Positions 30,908-42,345 of a stretch of DNA of 64,000 nucleotides are shown piece by piece (the stretch's first letter is position 1; the number at the start of each line of letters is the position of its first letter). Under the pieces are notes generated by a model. The model had not been told where the DNA came from, ran no database searches, and worked only from the letters and a program-made list of their open reading frames with translations. The stretch is taken from contig JAPMXV010000051.1 in the NCBI GenBank assembly GCA_026936335.1, forward strand, positions 514,112-578,111, written 5' to 3'. This DNA is from Mantamonas sphyraenae STR306 (taxonomy: Eukaryota; Protista; CRuMs). Both the position numbers and the translations under genes were made by a program.

Positions 30908-33104
30908 ATGTCTGGATCGGATGCAGGAGGGCCACCATCACCTGCGTCGTCGACGACGTCGACAAGCACACGCAAGAGCAGCAGCAAGGCCAGCCGCAAG
31001 CGTGAACGCAACGCAGAGACCACGCTGATGTACGAGAAGCGCAGACGCGTGAGCTACTACTGCGACTACTGCCAGCGAGACATCACCGAGACACTGCGCA
31101 TCCGGTGTGCAGAGTGCTCCGACTTGGACATGTGTCTCCAGTGCTTCTCTGTGGGAGCAGAGATCTGCACGACGAGCATCATCGATCCGGCGACGGTGAA
31201 GCGGCCGTCGAAACACAAGTCGACACACAAATACCGCGTGATGGAGGACCTGAGCTTCCCTCTGTTTGAGAACGAGTGGGGAGCAGAAGAGGTGGGTTGT
31301 GTGTGAGCGGATGTGGGTGTGGTGTGGTTGTGTGGCCACCGTGTGGGCGTGTGGGCGGACGTGCAAGTGAGAGTGGAAAGGGCGGGAGTGAGTTTTGGCA
31401 GACACAGCCGGCTACAGGCGCTGACAGGGAGACGGACACGGGTGTGTTGCGGCTACGCATACGCCCACGGGGACGGATACACACAGGAGCTGCTTCTGTT
31501 GGAGGGGATTGAGCTGAAAGGTCTGTCCAACTGGGCAGGAGTCTCTGCACACGTGAGCACAAAGAGCGCCGAGCAGTGTCACGAGCACTACTTGCGGTTC
31601 TATGTCAACACAGCGACAGCACCAGCACCGGTGAGTGGAAGCACGGGGAGGAGCATGGGTGTGTAGCGACACGCTGGGTGTGCATGATGTGCGGTGCAGG
31701 GTGTGTGGCACGCATGGACTGTGGAAACGAGAGAGAGCAAGAGAGAGTGTGCGACGTGAGCAATTTGCTCGAGCGACCCAGCGGCTGACACAAGAGGGAC
31801 AACGTGGACGGGTTGCAGGATCCGGAGTCACAGCTTCTGGGATCGCGTCAGGAGGTGGCGGCGTATCTGCGCAATCGTGCGCTGATGCCGAGCCGTGCAA
31901 GGTGAGTGAGGGAGAGGAAGAGATCAGGGGCCGTTCACACACGCACGCTGCTGACACAGACAGCGGGACACAGTGGGTCATCGTCGTCGTCGAGCTCGAG
32001 CAAAAAGGACAGCAAGGTCAAGACAAAGCCGTCGAAGCCGAAGCTGGAGGCAAAGGGGAGCAAGCCGACGCCGCTGGAGATTGCGGGCTGGATGCCAAAG
32101 CGAGGGGACTTTGAGTTTGAAGACGACAACGAAGCAGAGCTGTTGGTGGCGGACATGGAGTTTTACGAAGACGACACGCCGCTGGACCGGCAGCTGAAGC
32201 TGAAGATCATGGAGATGTACAACCACAAACTGGACAAGAGGCAGCTGCGGAAGGAGTTTGCGCTGGACCGGGGCCTGATCTCGAGGGACGGGAGCGGACG
32301 AAGGCGCAAGGTGGTGAAGGAGGACAAAGAGATTGCGGCGTTGAAGAAGCCGTTTGTGACGTTGTGCAAGCCACTGATGCGGTTCCACAGTCTGGAGGAA
32401 CACGAACAGTTTGTGACGGGTGTGGCGTTGGAAAAGTCGCTGTTTGCGCAGTTGGAGCGGTGCAAGGAGTACCGTCGAGCGGGAATCCGGACACTGGCAG
32501 AGGCAGAGCAGTACGAGTTTATGGCGAAGCAGCGTGACGAAAAGAGCCGGCTGAACAGGAATCGGGACGACAGCTATCTGTATGGACAGAGGACACCCGG
32601 GCGAACAAAGAGTCAGAGTGGAGGGTTGATGTTTAGTCCGAGGAGCCAGGGGGGTCGGGCGGACGTGAAGCTGCTGGACATCAGCGGGCTGCCAGCGTTT
32701 GAAAACCTGTCGCCGCAGGAACGGGAGCTGTGTTCGCGAGTGCGTGTGACACCGACGCAGTACTTCCGAATCAAGGACACGCTGTTGAGCGAGTGCGAGA
32801 CACAGGGGTATCTGAAGAGGAACCAGGCGCGAAAGCTGATCAAGATCGACGTTGCAAAGACGGGCAAGCTGTACGACTACTTTGTGGAGGCCGGGTGGAT
32901 CAACAAAGAGGCGCGTGTGAGCGGGGTGAGTGGGGTGGCCGGGGTTGTGGCGAGCGGGGATGGAGGGATGGAGGTTGTGGGAGAGACGTTGTTGGTGAAG
33001 CAGGAGCCTGTGGTGTCGTTGGAAGGGGCTGGGATGCAGGTGGAGGAGGGAGGTGGAGGCAGGCAGCAGCAGCAGGGAGGGGAGGCGGTGGGCAAGGTGG
33101 AGCC
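30908..33104 (+). repeat. ~2.2-kb near-identical inverted repeat, arm 1 (partner 38614-40812)
   Basis: Exons and introns match the reverse complement of 38614-40812 with only scattered SNPs and small intronic indels. Confidence 0.92.
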
Positions 33105-33117
33105 TGCCACTGGGTGA
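30908..33117 (+). CDS. ADA2: Transcriptional adaptor ADA2 (ZZ, SANT, SWIRM), copy 1
   Basis: YYCDYC..IRCAEC..DMCLQCF ZZ finger; WGAEEELLLLEGI..GLSNW SANT; GWMPKRGDFEFEDDNEAE; C-terminal SWIRM IDVAKTGKLYDYFVEAGWI. Confidence 0.9.
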
Positions 33118-33151
33118 GGATGTGCGAGTGTCGGAGCAAAACAAACCAGCG

Positions 33152-35170
33152 ATGATTCTCTCTCGCCAGCGCGCATCTTCGTCTTCCAGCTCCAGCAAGG
33201 AGAAGAACAAGAACAAAGTGCCGACACTGCAGGAGTTTATTGACAAGCGGGACTACATTGGAGCAGCGACGTTGTGCGAGTTCTTGGAGAGCTCGTACAA
33301 GCGTAAGGAGGTGGACGAGGCAGAGCGCACGACCAACATGATGTGGTTGGCATACAGCTATTTTCACGCCGGCAAGTACGACAAGGCCGCAGAGGTGAGC
33401 TGATGGAGAGGCACGGGAGCACAAGCGAGTGGAGATCGAGCTGACGCAACCCACACCCGTTTTTGCACAACGCGCACAGGCATACCGCAAGCTCATCGAC
33501 GCAGGAAACCAGGACAGCAACCTGACGGTGTTCCTTGCTTGCTGTCTCTTTTACATGGGCGAGTACGAGGAGGCCGAGGAGATCGCGCTGAAAGGTCCGT
33601 TGCCCAGGAGGCGGCCGTTTTTGGCGGCGGATGGTCTTCCGCTTTTTGGCGCGCAAGGAGGCACGCGCGGATTTGTAGACGCTGACACACATACACACAC
33701 ACACATGTACACACACATGTACGACACATTCACCATCTCTTGGCGTGACACATATGTCCTTGTGCAGCCATTCCGGATGAGTTGCAGAAGCGGCTGCTAT
33801 TCCATCTGGCCCAAAAGTCCAAGGACGAGGACAAACTCATTGCCTACCACGCCAAGCTGCAAGACACCACAGCGGACCAGCTGTGTCTGGCTTCTGTGCA
33901 CTGTCTGCGTGGCCACTACCAGGAAGCAATCGAGGTGTACAAAAGCATCCTGAGCCAAAACCGCAAGTATCTTGCCCTGAGCGTGGCCATCAGCATCGCG
34001 TACTACCGCCTTGACTACTACGAGGTGAGTCTGGAGATTGTGGACGCCTACCTCAAGGACTACCCAGACTCGATTACAGCCGTCAACCTGAAAGCTTGCA
34101 ACGTGCACCGGCTGTACAATGGCCAGATGGCCCTGAAAGAACTGGACCGCCTCATGAAGGACATCGAGGGTTCCAAGAACGTGTTTGGCGACGAAGTGCT
34201 TCGGCACAATCGTGTGGTGTTTCGCAACGGTGCCGACGCGCAAACGGTGTTGACATCGTTGTTGGATGTGATTCCTGAGGCTCGCCTCAACTTGGTGATC
34301 TTCAACCTGCAGAACGGCCACTACGAAGAGGCGTTTGAACTGATGAAGGACGTGGAGCCAACCACACCGCAAGAGTACATCCTCAAGGCAGTGACCAACT
34401 GCGCCTTGGGTCAGGAGAAAAAGAGCAACATGATGCTGCAGACGGCCAAGCACTACTTCCAGTTGATTGGCTCGTCCGAGAGCGAGCAGGACACCATCCC
34501 TGGACGACAGTGCATGGCCAGCGCGTTTATTATGACCAAGAAGTTTGATGACGCATACTTTGTACGTGGTGTGTGTGTGAGAGACGGGAGAGAGTGTGTG
34601 TGTGTGTGTGTGTGCAAACACTTTCTGACTCCTCGTGCGCCCTTACAGTATCTGGACAGCATTCGCGAGTTCTTCTCCGAGGACGACACGTTCAACACCA
34701 ACCTGGGGGTATGCATGGCAGCAAACGGAGACTATGAAAATGCTGTGCAGACACTGCGCAAGGTGCAAAACGAAAGCTACTATCAAGACGTGTCGTTTCT
34801 GTCGTGGCTGGCTCTGAGCCTGATCCACTGCAGGCAGCCAGCAGATGCATACGACTTGTGGCTGAATCTGGAGGACAAGAGCAAGGAAAACTCGTTCAAG
34901 CTGCTTCTGCTGCTTGCAAACGAATGCTACCGTTGCGGCTGCTTCTACTACGCCGCACAGGCGTTTGATGTGCTCACACGCATGGAGCCCAACGACCCGA
35001 CCATGTTTGACGGCAAGCGCAACGCCATCCTCGGTTGCTGGCAGTCGATTGTGGCTGGCCAAGAGCCGCACGACACCATCCGTGAGCTGTTTGACTTGCT
35101 GCACGAAGACAACCCGCAAGCGAACTACATTCGGGCGACGATGCAGCGGTGGGAGAGTGGCGAGATTTGA
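33152..35170 (+). CDS. IFT56: Intraflagellar transport protein 56 (TTC26/DYF-13); multi-exon
   Basis: PTLQEFIDKRDYIGA, WLAYSYFHAG, RLLFHLAQK, HYQEAIEVYK, IPEARLNLVI, DTIPGRQCMAS, ANECY. Confidence 0.9.
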
Positions 35171-35202
35171 TGGAGGAAGGATTGAATGCAGATTCATGCA
35201 GC

Positions 35203-36284
35203 TCACACAAAGTGAATCGCGTTGTGGCAGTGGACCGGGTGGAGGCTAAGCAGCACACCGACCTGCCCCAACCAGTACGTGATCATAACAAGCCACTTTT
35301 GGGCAGGGACGGCAACGACAAAGCGGTTGATGGCCAGGATGGCGTCGGAGAGCATGAGCAGTGCCGCACCGGCAAAGGCAATGAACTGGCGTCGTCGGCG
35401 CTTGCGCTCTACTGGATCCAGAAGCAATTCGTCCTCCAACTCCTCTGTGTGGTCGTAAAAGTGACGATGGGTGCGCGGGGAGGCAAGCAGCTTGGACTGC
35501 TCCGTGGTGGGCGAGGTCGCCTGACGAGCGTTGATGCTGGCAGCGTGGGCAGCCGCCTGAGCGTCGAGAGCCTTGACAAGCTGTGAAGAGTGGCCAATGC
35601 GTGCGGCAGCCCTCCAGACACAGGCAGCCTCGACGACGACGTAGATGAGGACCGGAACGACGAGCTGGCCAAGGTGGGGAATGAGCAGGACCGCAAAGAG
35701 GATGGCGGTGGCTGCCATGGGCACCGAGCGCAAGGGCTGCAGGCGCACACCTCCGTATGAGAATGCGCTGATGTACATGACGTGTTGGCCCATGAAGCAG
35801 GCCATGCCTGCAATGAAGAACTCGTTCTCGGAGAGCTCCATGTTGAAGTCACCACAGCCAGCAAGCACAAGGCCGATGGAGATCAGGATAGTGTACATGC
35901 GGTCTCGGAGCTCTCGCCCGTGCATTGGCACCAGAGGAAGCCGAGGTTTGCGCCCAGGAGGACGGGCACGGCCTTGATTGCAGGCAGCAGGTACCAAAGC
36001 GTCTGGCCCTGCACAATACCATGTTGGGCAAACAGAGCCCGCACAACAAAGTAGGCGACCATAAAGAGGAGGATGAGCACGCCAAGGACAACGTCAAAGC
36101 CACTTGTGGCGTGATTCTCCATGTTGCCGCTCTGGTTCCGCGCGAGATGTCTCGCGTGGACCTTTCGATGAATCTTTCCGCCCTCCTTGCGCCGCTGCTG
36201 GCGCACCTTGTCGGGCGTGTCCCCCACCACCATGGTGACCTCATTGGAAATACGCACAGAGTTGGACGATGACTTTTGAGGCAT
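35203..36284 (-). CDS. YhhN/TMEM86 lysoplasmalogenase-like membrane protein (apparent frameshift near 35900-35930)
   Basis: IKAVP, GLVLAGCGD, GMACFMGQHVMYI, GAALLMLSDAILA, VMITYWLGQ; the 5' and 3' parts lie in different frames. Confidence 0.72.
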
Positions 36285-36353
36285 GATGGGTTGGGTGGTG
36301 CAGCGGGACGCGCTCGGAAGGCCAGAGGAAACCCGAACCAGCGCGACGCAGCC

Positions 36354-37120
36354 ATGTCGAGCTCTTACGATGATGAACAGAAAGTGGACATCCGCAAGCT
36401 GATGAACTACCCGTTGATCAAGGTGAGGAGGAGGGTGTGATTGGGGGTCACAGAGTCGCACGACAAGGATCGCAGCTGGCGGAGAAGCTTTGGAAGGACT
36501 CACACACAACGATGCGAACGATGGGACGCACCGCAGGACCACGATATGAACGAAGAGATGAAGAGCGATGCCCAGGACCAGATTGTGATGGCCCTGGAAA
36601 ACCAGAACTACACATACGAGGTGCGTTTTCACAGTGGTTGGCGGCAACGGCTTTCTCAAGCAAATTGTGCGCGTGTGTGTGCGCACGTATGGAGAGCACA
36701 CGAGTCGAAGCGCATGGCTGAGCACGCCAGTGTGCATGTCATTGCGTCAGTGTGCTCCTTCTGCACATGTGTGCGCCTGTATAAGCGGATATGGAAGAGG
36801 CGCGCCGAGACGGAGAGGCGCGCGAGCCTAGCTGACACACAAGGGGCTGCTTTGCGACACACACAGGGGGCGGCCAAGTCTGTCAAGGAGTACATGGACC
36901 AGCGGTACCCAGACCCGTCGTGGCAGTGCATCATGGGCGAAGGATTTGCCTTTGAGATCAATGTACGTGGGGGCAAAGAACGGGTGGCGTGCTGGTACCC
37001 ACCGGTCGGCTCATACACACACACTCACACGGGCCACGATGCACACTCTCACAGTACGAGGCCAAGCACTTGATGTTTATGTTCTATGGCAATGTGGCCG
37101 TGCTACTCTTCAAGGCCTGA
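36354..37120 (+). CDS. DNAL4: Axonemal dynein light chain 4; three introns
   Basis: Spliced: MNYPLIK/DHDMNEEM...AAKSVKEYMDQRY..SWQCIMGEGFAFEI/..MFMFYGNVAVLLFK. Confidence 0.85.
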
Positions 37121-37213
37121 ACAAACCACGTGCCCCGGGCAAACACAAGCCCACAGCGCGACACACACCATGCACACGCACACATAACCACCATTCATTC
37201 TTTCCACAGTCGT

Positions 37214-38607
37214 CTACCCGGCAACAACCTGGCACAGCTTGCAGATCATTGCGCTCATCTGCAGCAAGGTGCCCACTCCCTCCACAATGCGAAGCTGTGT
37301 CTCGCCAATCACACGCATAAAATGCAGTTTTGTCGACTCTTGCATGTCGTAGTTCTTGACCACGTTGAAAATCGTGCCAATGATGTCCTCGGCCGCATAC
37401 CCTTGGTCAAAGACGTCGTTGAGCTCGCCCGATGCCTTCTTCACGTCTGCCCCAAGGCAATGCTCGATCATCGACTTGATCTTGACTGGGTGTGGCTGAT
37501 CGCACACTTTGAACACGTTGTCAGCGTTGACCATGCCAAAGCCAACATGGGTTGACTGCAGGTTGTTCAGCGCTTTGCGCATGTCTCCCTCTGCCGTGAA
37601 CACCACGGCCTCCAGCCCCTCGTCGTCGTAGGCAATCTGTACGTGATGTGCAATGCATGGGTGATGCGTGTGTGCTCGTTTGTGGTCAGCGCCTCGTCGC
37701 GGCCGACAGGTGCAATCCCGCCCTCTTCTCTGCTCCTCAGGATCCACCTACTTCCTCACTGGCGATGATTTCCATCAGTTTCATCGTCACCTGTGTGTCC
37801 GACAACCTGGAGAACCGCAGGATGGCGCAACGCGACTGAATCGGCTCGATGATCTTGCTGCTGATGTTGCACGCCATGGCAAACCGCGTCGTGCTTGCGT
37901 ACTGCTCCATTGTGCGTCGCAGAGCCTGTTGGGCGGCCGTAGTCATGCTGTGGCAATTGCAAGAGACCATGTTCATGTGCCATGGGTGAGCGGAGGTTCC
38001 GGTGTGAGCGGGAGGCTTGGAAAACTCGCTCGGGGAGGTGGGTGATCAAGCCTCGCCTCAGCGTCCTCTGTGTTTCCCGTCTCCCTACCTGTCTGCCTCG
38101 TCCAGAATAACAATCTTGTGCTGGTTGCTGCCCAGCGTGATCTTTTTCTGAGCAAACATCTTGATGCGGTTGCGCACAGTGTCGATGCCACGGTCGTCGG
38201 AGGCGTTCAGCTCGAGCACTGCGTCGTCGTACAAGTCGCCCAAGATCGCTCGCGCCAGACACGCAATGCTTGTTGTCTTGCCTGTGCCGGGCGGGCCCTA
38301 TTTCATGCAAACAGACAATAGAGGAGACAACTTCCGTGTCAGCATGTGCATGTGACTTGGTCTCATGTACCTGTGCACTTACCGCCAGGATCAGATGAGG
38401 CATGTTTCCGTGTTGCTGGATCACCTGGAAGCGGGCCACAGCCTCTTCGTTGCCCACCACTTCATCCAATGTGGTTGGGCGATACTTTTCGATCCAAGGC
38501 AAGTCATCCGAACCCTGCTGCTTGCGTGTTGACGTGCTGCTGCTGCTGCTGCTGCTGCTGCTCGCCGCTTCGACTTCCATTTCGTTCAAAGTTTTGGTTG
38601 GATTCAT
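37214..38607 (-). CDS. RFC2: Replication factor C small subunit (human RFC2 / yeast RFC4 type); multi-exon
   Basis: [57 protein letters not shown]; start at 38607 or 38580. Confidence 0.9.
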
Positions 38608-40812
38608 TTGCGCGGCTCCACCTTGCCCACCGCCTCCCCTCCCTGCTGCTGCTGCCTGCTTCCACCTCCCTCCTCCACCTGCATCCCAGCCCCTTCCAAC
38701 GACACCACAGGCTCCTGCTTCACCAACAACGTCTCTCCCACAACCTCCATCCCTCCATCCCCGCTCGCCACAACCCCGGCCACCCCACTCACCCCACTCA
38801 CACGCGCCTCTTTGTTGATCCACCCGGCCTCCACAAAGTAGTCGTACAGCTTGCCCGTCTTTGCAACGTCGATCTTGATCAGCTTTCGCGCCTGGTTCCT
38901 CTTCAGATACCCCTGTGTCTCGCACTCGCTCAACAGCGTGTCCTTGATTCGGAAGTACTGCGTCGGTGTCACACGCACTCGCGAACACAGCTCCCGTTCC
39001 TGCGGCGACAGGTTTTCAAACGCTGGCAGCCCGCTGATGTCCAGCAGCTTCACGTCCGCCCGACCCCCCTGGCTCCTCGGACTAAACATCAACCCTCCAC
39101 TCTGACTCTTTGTTCGCCCGGGTGTCCTCTGTCCATACAGATAGCTGTCGTCCCGATTCCTGTTCAGCCGGCTCTTTTCGTCACGCTGCTTCGCCATAAA
39201 CTCGTACTGCTCTGCCTCTGCCAGTGTCCGGATCCCCGCTCGACGGTACTCCTTGCACCGCTCCAACTGCGCAAACAGCGACTTTTCCAACGCCACACCC
39301 GTCACAAACTGCTCGTGTTCCTCCAGACTGTGGAACCGCATCAGTGGCTTGCACAACGTCACAAACGGCTTCTTCAACGCCGCAATCTCTTTGTCCTCCT
39401 TCACCACCTTGCGCCTTCGTCCGCTCCCGTCCCTCGAGATCAGGCCCCGGTCCAGCGCAAACTCCTTCCGCAGCTGCCTCTTGTCCAGCTTGTGGTTGTA
39501 CATCTCCATGATCTTCAGCTTCAGCTGCCGGTCCAGCGGCGTGTCGTCTTCGTAAAACTCCATGTCCGCCACCAACAGCTCTGCTTCGTTGTCGTCTTCA
39601 AACTCAAAGTCCCCTCGCTTTGGCATCCAGCCCGCAATCTCCAGCGGCGTCGGCTTGCTCCCCTTTGCCTCCAGCTTCGGCTTCGACGGCTTTGTCTTGA
39701 CCTTGCTGTCCTTTTTGCTCGAGCTCGACGACGACGATGACCCACTGTGTCCCGCTGTCCGTGTCAGCAGCGTGCGTGTGAACGGCCCCTGATCTCTTCC
39801 TCTCCCTCACTCACCTTGCACGGCTCGGCATCAGCGCACGATTGCGCAGATACGCCGCCACCTCCTGACGCGATCCCAGAAGCTGTGACTCCGGATCCTG
39901 CAACCCGTCCACGTTGTCCCTCTTGTGTCAGCCGCTGGGTCGCTCGAGCAAATTGCTCACGTCCGCACACTCTCTCTCTTGCTCTCTCTCGTTTTCCACA
40001 GTCCATGCGTGCCACACACCCTGCACCGCACATCCTGCACACCCAGCGTGTCGCCACACACCCATGCTCCTCCCCGTGCTTCCACTCACCGGTGCTGGTG
40101 CTGTCGCTGTGTTGACATAGAACCGCAAGTAGTGCTCGTGACACTGCTCGGCGCTCTTTGTGCTCACGTGTGCAGAGACTCCTGCCCAGTTGGACAGACC
40201 TTTCAGCTCAATACCCTCCAACAGAAGCAGCTCCTGTGTGTATCCGTCCCCGTGGGCGTATGCGTAGCCGCAACACACCCGTGTCCGTCTCCCTGTCAGC
40301 GCCTGTAGCCGGCTGTGTCTGCCAAATCTCACTCCCGCCCTTTCCACTCTCACTTGCCCGTCCGCCCACACGCCCACACGGTGGCCACACAACCACACCA
40401 CACCCACATCCGCTCACACACAACCCACCTCTTCTGCTCCCCACTCGTTCTCAAACAGAGGGAAGCTCAGGTCCTCCATCACGCGGTATTTGTGTGTCGA
40501 CTTGTGTTTCGACGGCCGCTTCACCGTCGCCGGATCGATGATGCTCGTCGTGCAGATCTCTGCTCCCACAGAGAAGCACTGGAGACACATGTCCAAGTCG
40601 GAGCACTCTGCACACCGGATGCGCAGTGTCTCGGTGATGTCTCGCTGGCAGTAGTCGCAGTAGTAGCTCACGCGTCTGCGCTTCTCGTACATCAGCGTGG
40701 TCTCTGCGTTGCGTTCACGCTTGCGGCTGGCCTTGCTGCTGCTCTTGCGTGTGCTTGTCGACGTCGTCGACGACGCAGGTGATGGTGGCCCTCCTGCATC
40801 CGATCCAGACAT
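38604..40812 (-). CDS. ADA2: Transcriptional adaptor ADA2, copy 2 (inverted duplicate)
   Basis: Near-identical to 30908-33117; ends ...KVEPRK* instead of ...KVEPATG*. Confidence 0.85.
38614..40812 (-). repeat. ~2.2-kb near-identical inverted repeat, arm 2 (partner 30908-33104)
   Basis: Direct sequence comparison. Confidence 0.92.
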
Positions 40813-40896
40813 TTCTGTTCGTGCTGAGTTGGGCTGCGTTCGCGCCCGCAGCGCACACCGAACCACAACTAAAAATCATTGGACCGTGCTGAGAGA

Positions 40897-42312
40897 ATGT
40901 CTGAACAGTCTGCGTACGATCAATTGACGGAAGTGGTTCCTTTCCTGGCCGACAAGCGGGTGGACGTCCGTGTGCAAGCGTTGGACCTCATCATCGGCTA
41001 CACCACTGTGGAGGACGCCGTTACGGTACTGAAGCAGACAGACGCTGCCAAGCTGCTGACCAAAATGTCTGGAGACACGAACATTGTATGTGTGGGCGCG
41101 GTGCGTGAGGCGTGGAGCTGGCCACGGTGCTGACACAGACAAACATGCACGGCCCACAGGACTGCCAACACAAGACGCTTTCGTGCTTAATCAACCTCTC
41201 ATCGGACTCGGAGATGATTGAGCAGATGCTGGAACACGAGCTTATTTCGCGACTGCTCGAGAATCTGATGGTAGGTGTGTGTGTGCTGTGAGGGGCCGGG
41301 TGCCACGGACTGCGACGGAATCCGTCCGCCCGGCTAACACACCAGGGGCGCCATGGCAAACCTGCAGGACGAAGAGAACCCGCTGCTGGAACTCAGTGCC
41401 ATGCTGTTGAGCAACGTGACACGCGCCAAGCCCGGAGCCGAGGCGCTGTTGAATGAGAAGCTTGCAGAGACACGCTTCTACGCTGTGGTGCAGCGCTTTT
41501 TCGAGACAGCAAACGTGGACCCATCGGACCCGCTGAAGTGGATTGGCACAGTGTTGATGAACATTTCGCAGAGTGAGCGTGGCCAGGAGTTCCTGATGAA
41601 GGAGAAGCAGGTTTTGTTGCCAAAGATGTTGGAAGAGATTGAACACCCGGTGTCGATCCGCAGGGGTGGGCTGATTGGCTGCATCAAGAACTGCACACAG
41701 GATCTGGAGTCGCACGAGTGGCTGTTGAGCGACGAAGTGAAGATTCTGGAGCATGTGGTGCGCGCGCTGATGTCCGGGCTGACCGTGTTCCAAGACGATG
41801 ATTTGCAGGCCATGGATCGGGCGTACGTGCGCAACCTGGGCCACAAAGAGCGCGAGCCAACGCCCGAGCTGCGCAAGATGCTACTGGAGACGCTGTTTGA
41901 GCTTGGCCACAGCAAGGAGGGACGGCAGCGCATGAAGGACACCAACGTGTACGCTGTTGTGCGTGAGCTGGATAAGGAGGAAGAGGATGAGCAGGTCAAG
42001 GAGGCGGCATTCCAAGTGGTGGAGATTCTGCAGCGTGATTTTGAGAGCGATATGATGACGTCGTCCAAAGAAGGCGGCAGCAGTAGCAGCAGTGGCAGCA
42101 GCAGCAGTAGCGCAGGGAGCCTGGCTGCCCCCGAAGCAGGAGATGCAAGGGTGGAGGTGGAATCAGGTGCGGATGAGGCAGGGGAGGCAGAGGACGATGA
42201 GGACGTGGACGACGAGATGGACAAGGAGCTGGAAGCCATCCAAAAGGCAGAGCTGGAGCGCAAACTGCAGGGAGAGGACGACGACAACGATAATGTGGAT
42301 GAAGTGGACTGA
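40897..42312 (+). CDS. HGH1: HGH1 (FAM203) eEF2 chaperone; multi-exon
   Basis: EVVPFLADKRVDVR, LINLS, MLLSNVT, NISQSERGQ, IRRGGLIGCIKNC, KEREP, GRQRMKDTNVYAVVREL. Confidence 0.85.
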
Positions 42313-42345
42313 ACGATGCTGAATGGAATCTGCAATCTGCAACAA

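Noticed and set aside
37756-38988. 410-aa ORF suggesting an ADA2-region/RFC2 fusion protein
   Set aside because: Its N-terminal part is an alternate frame of ADA2 copy 2 and it reads through RFC2 introns; not a credible protein.
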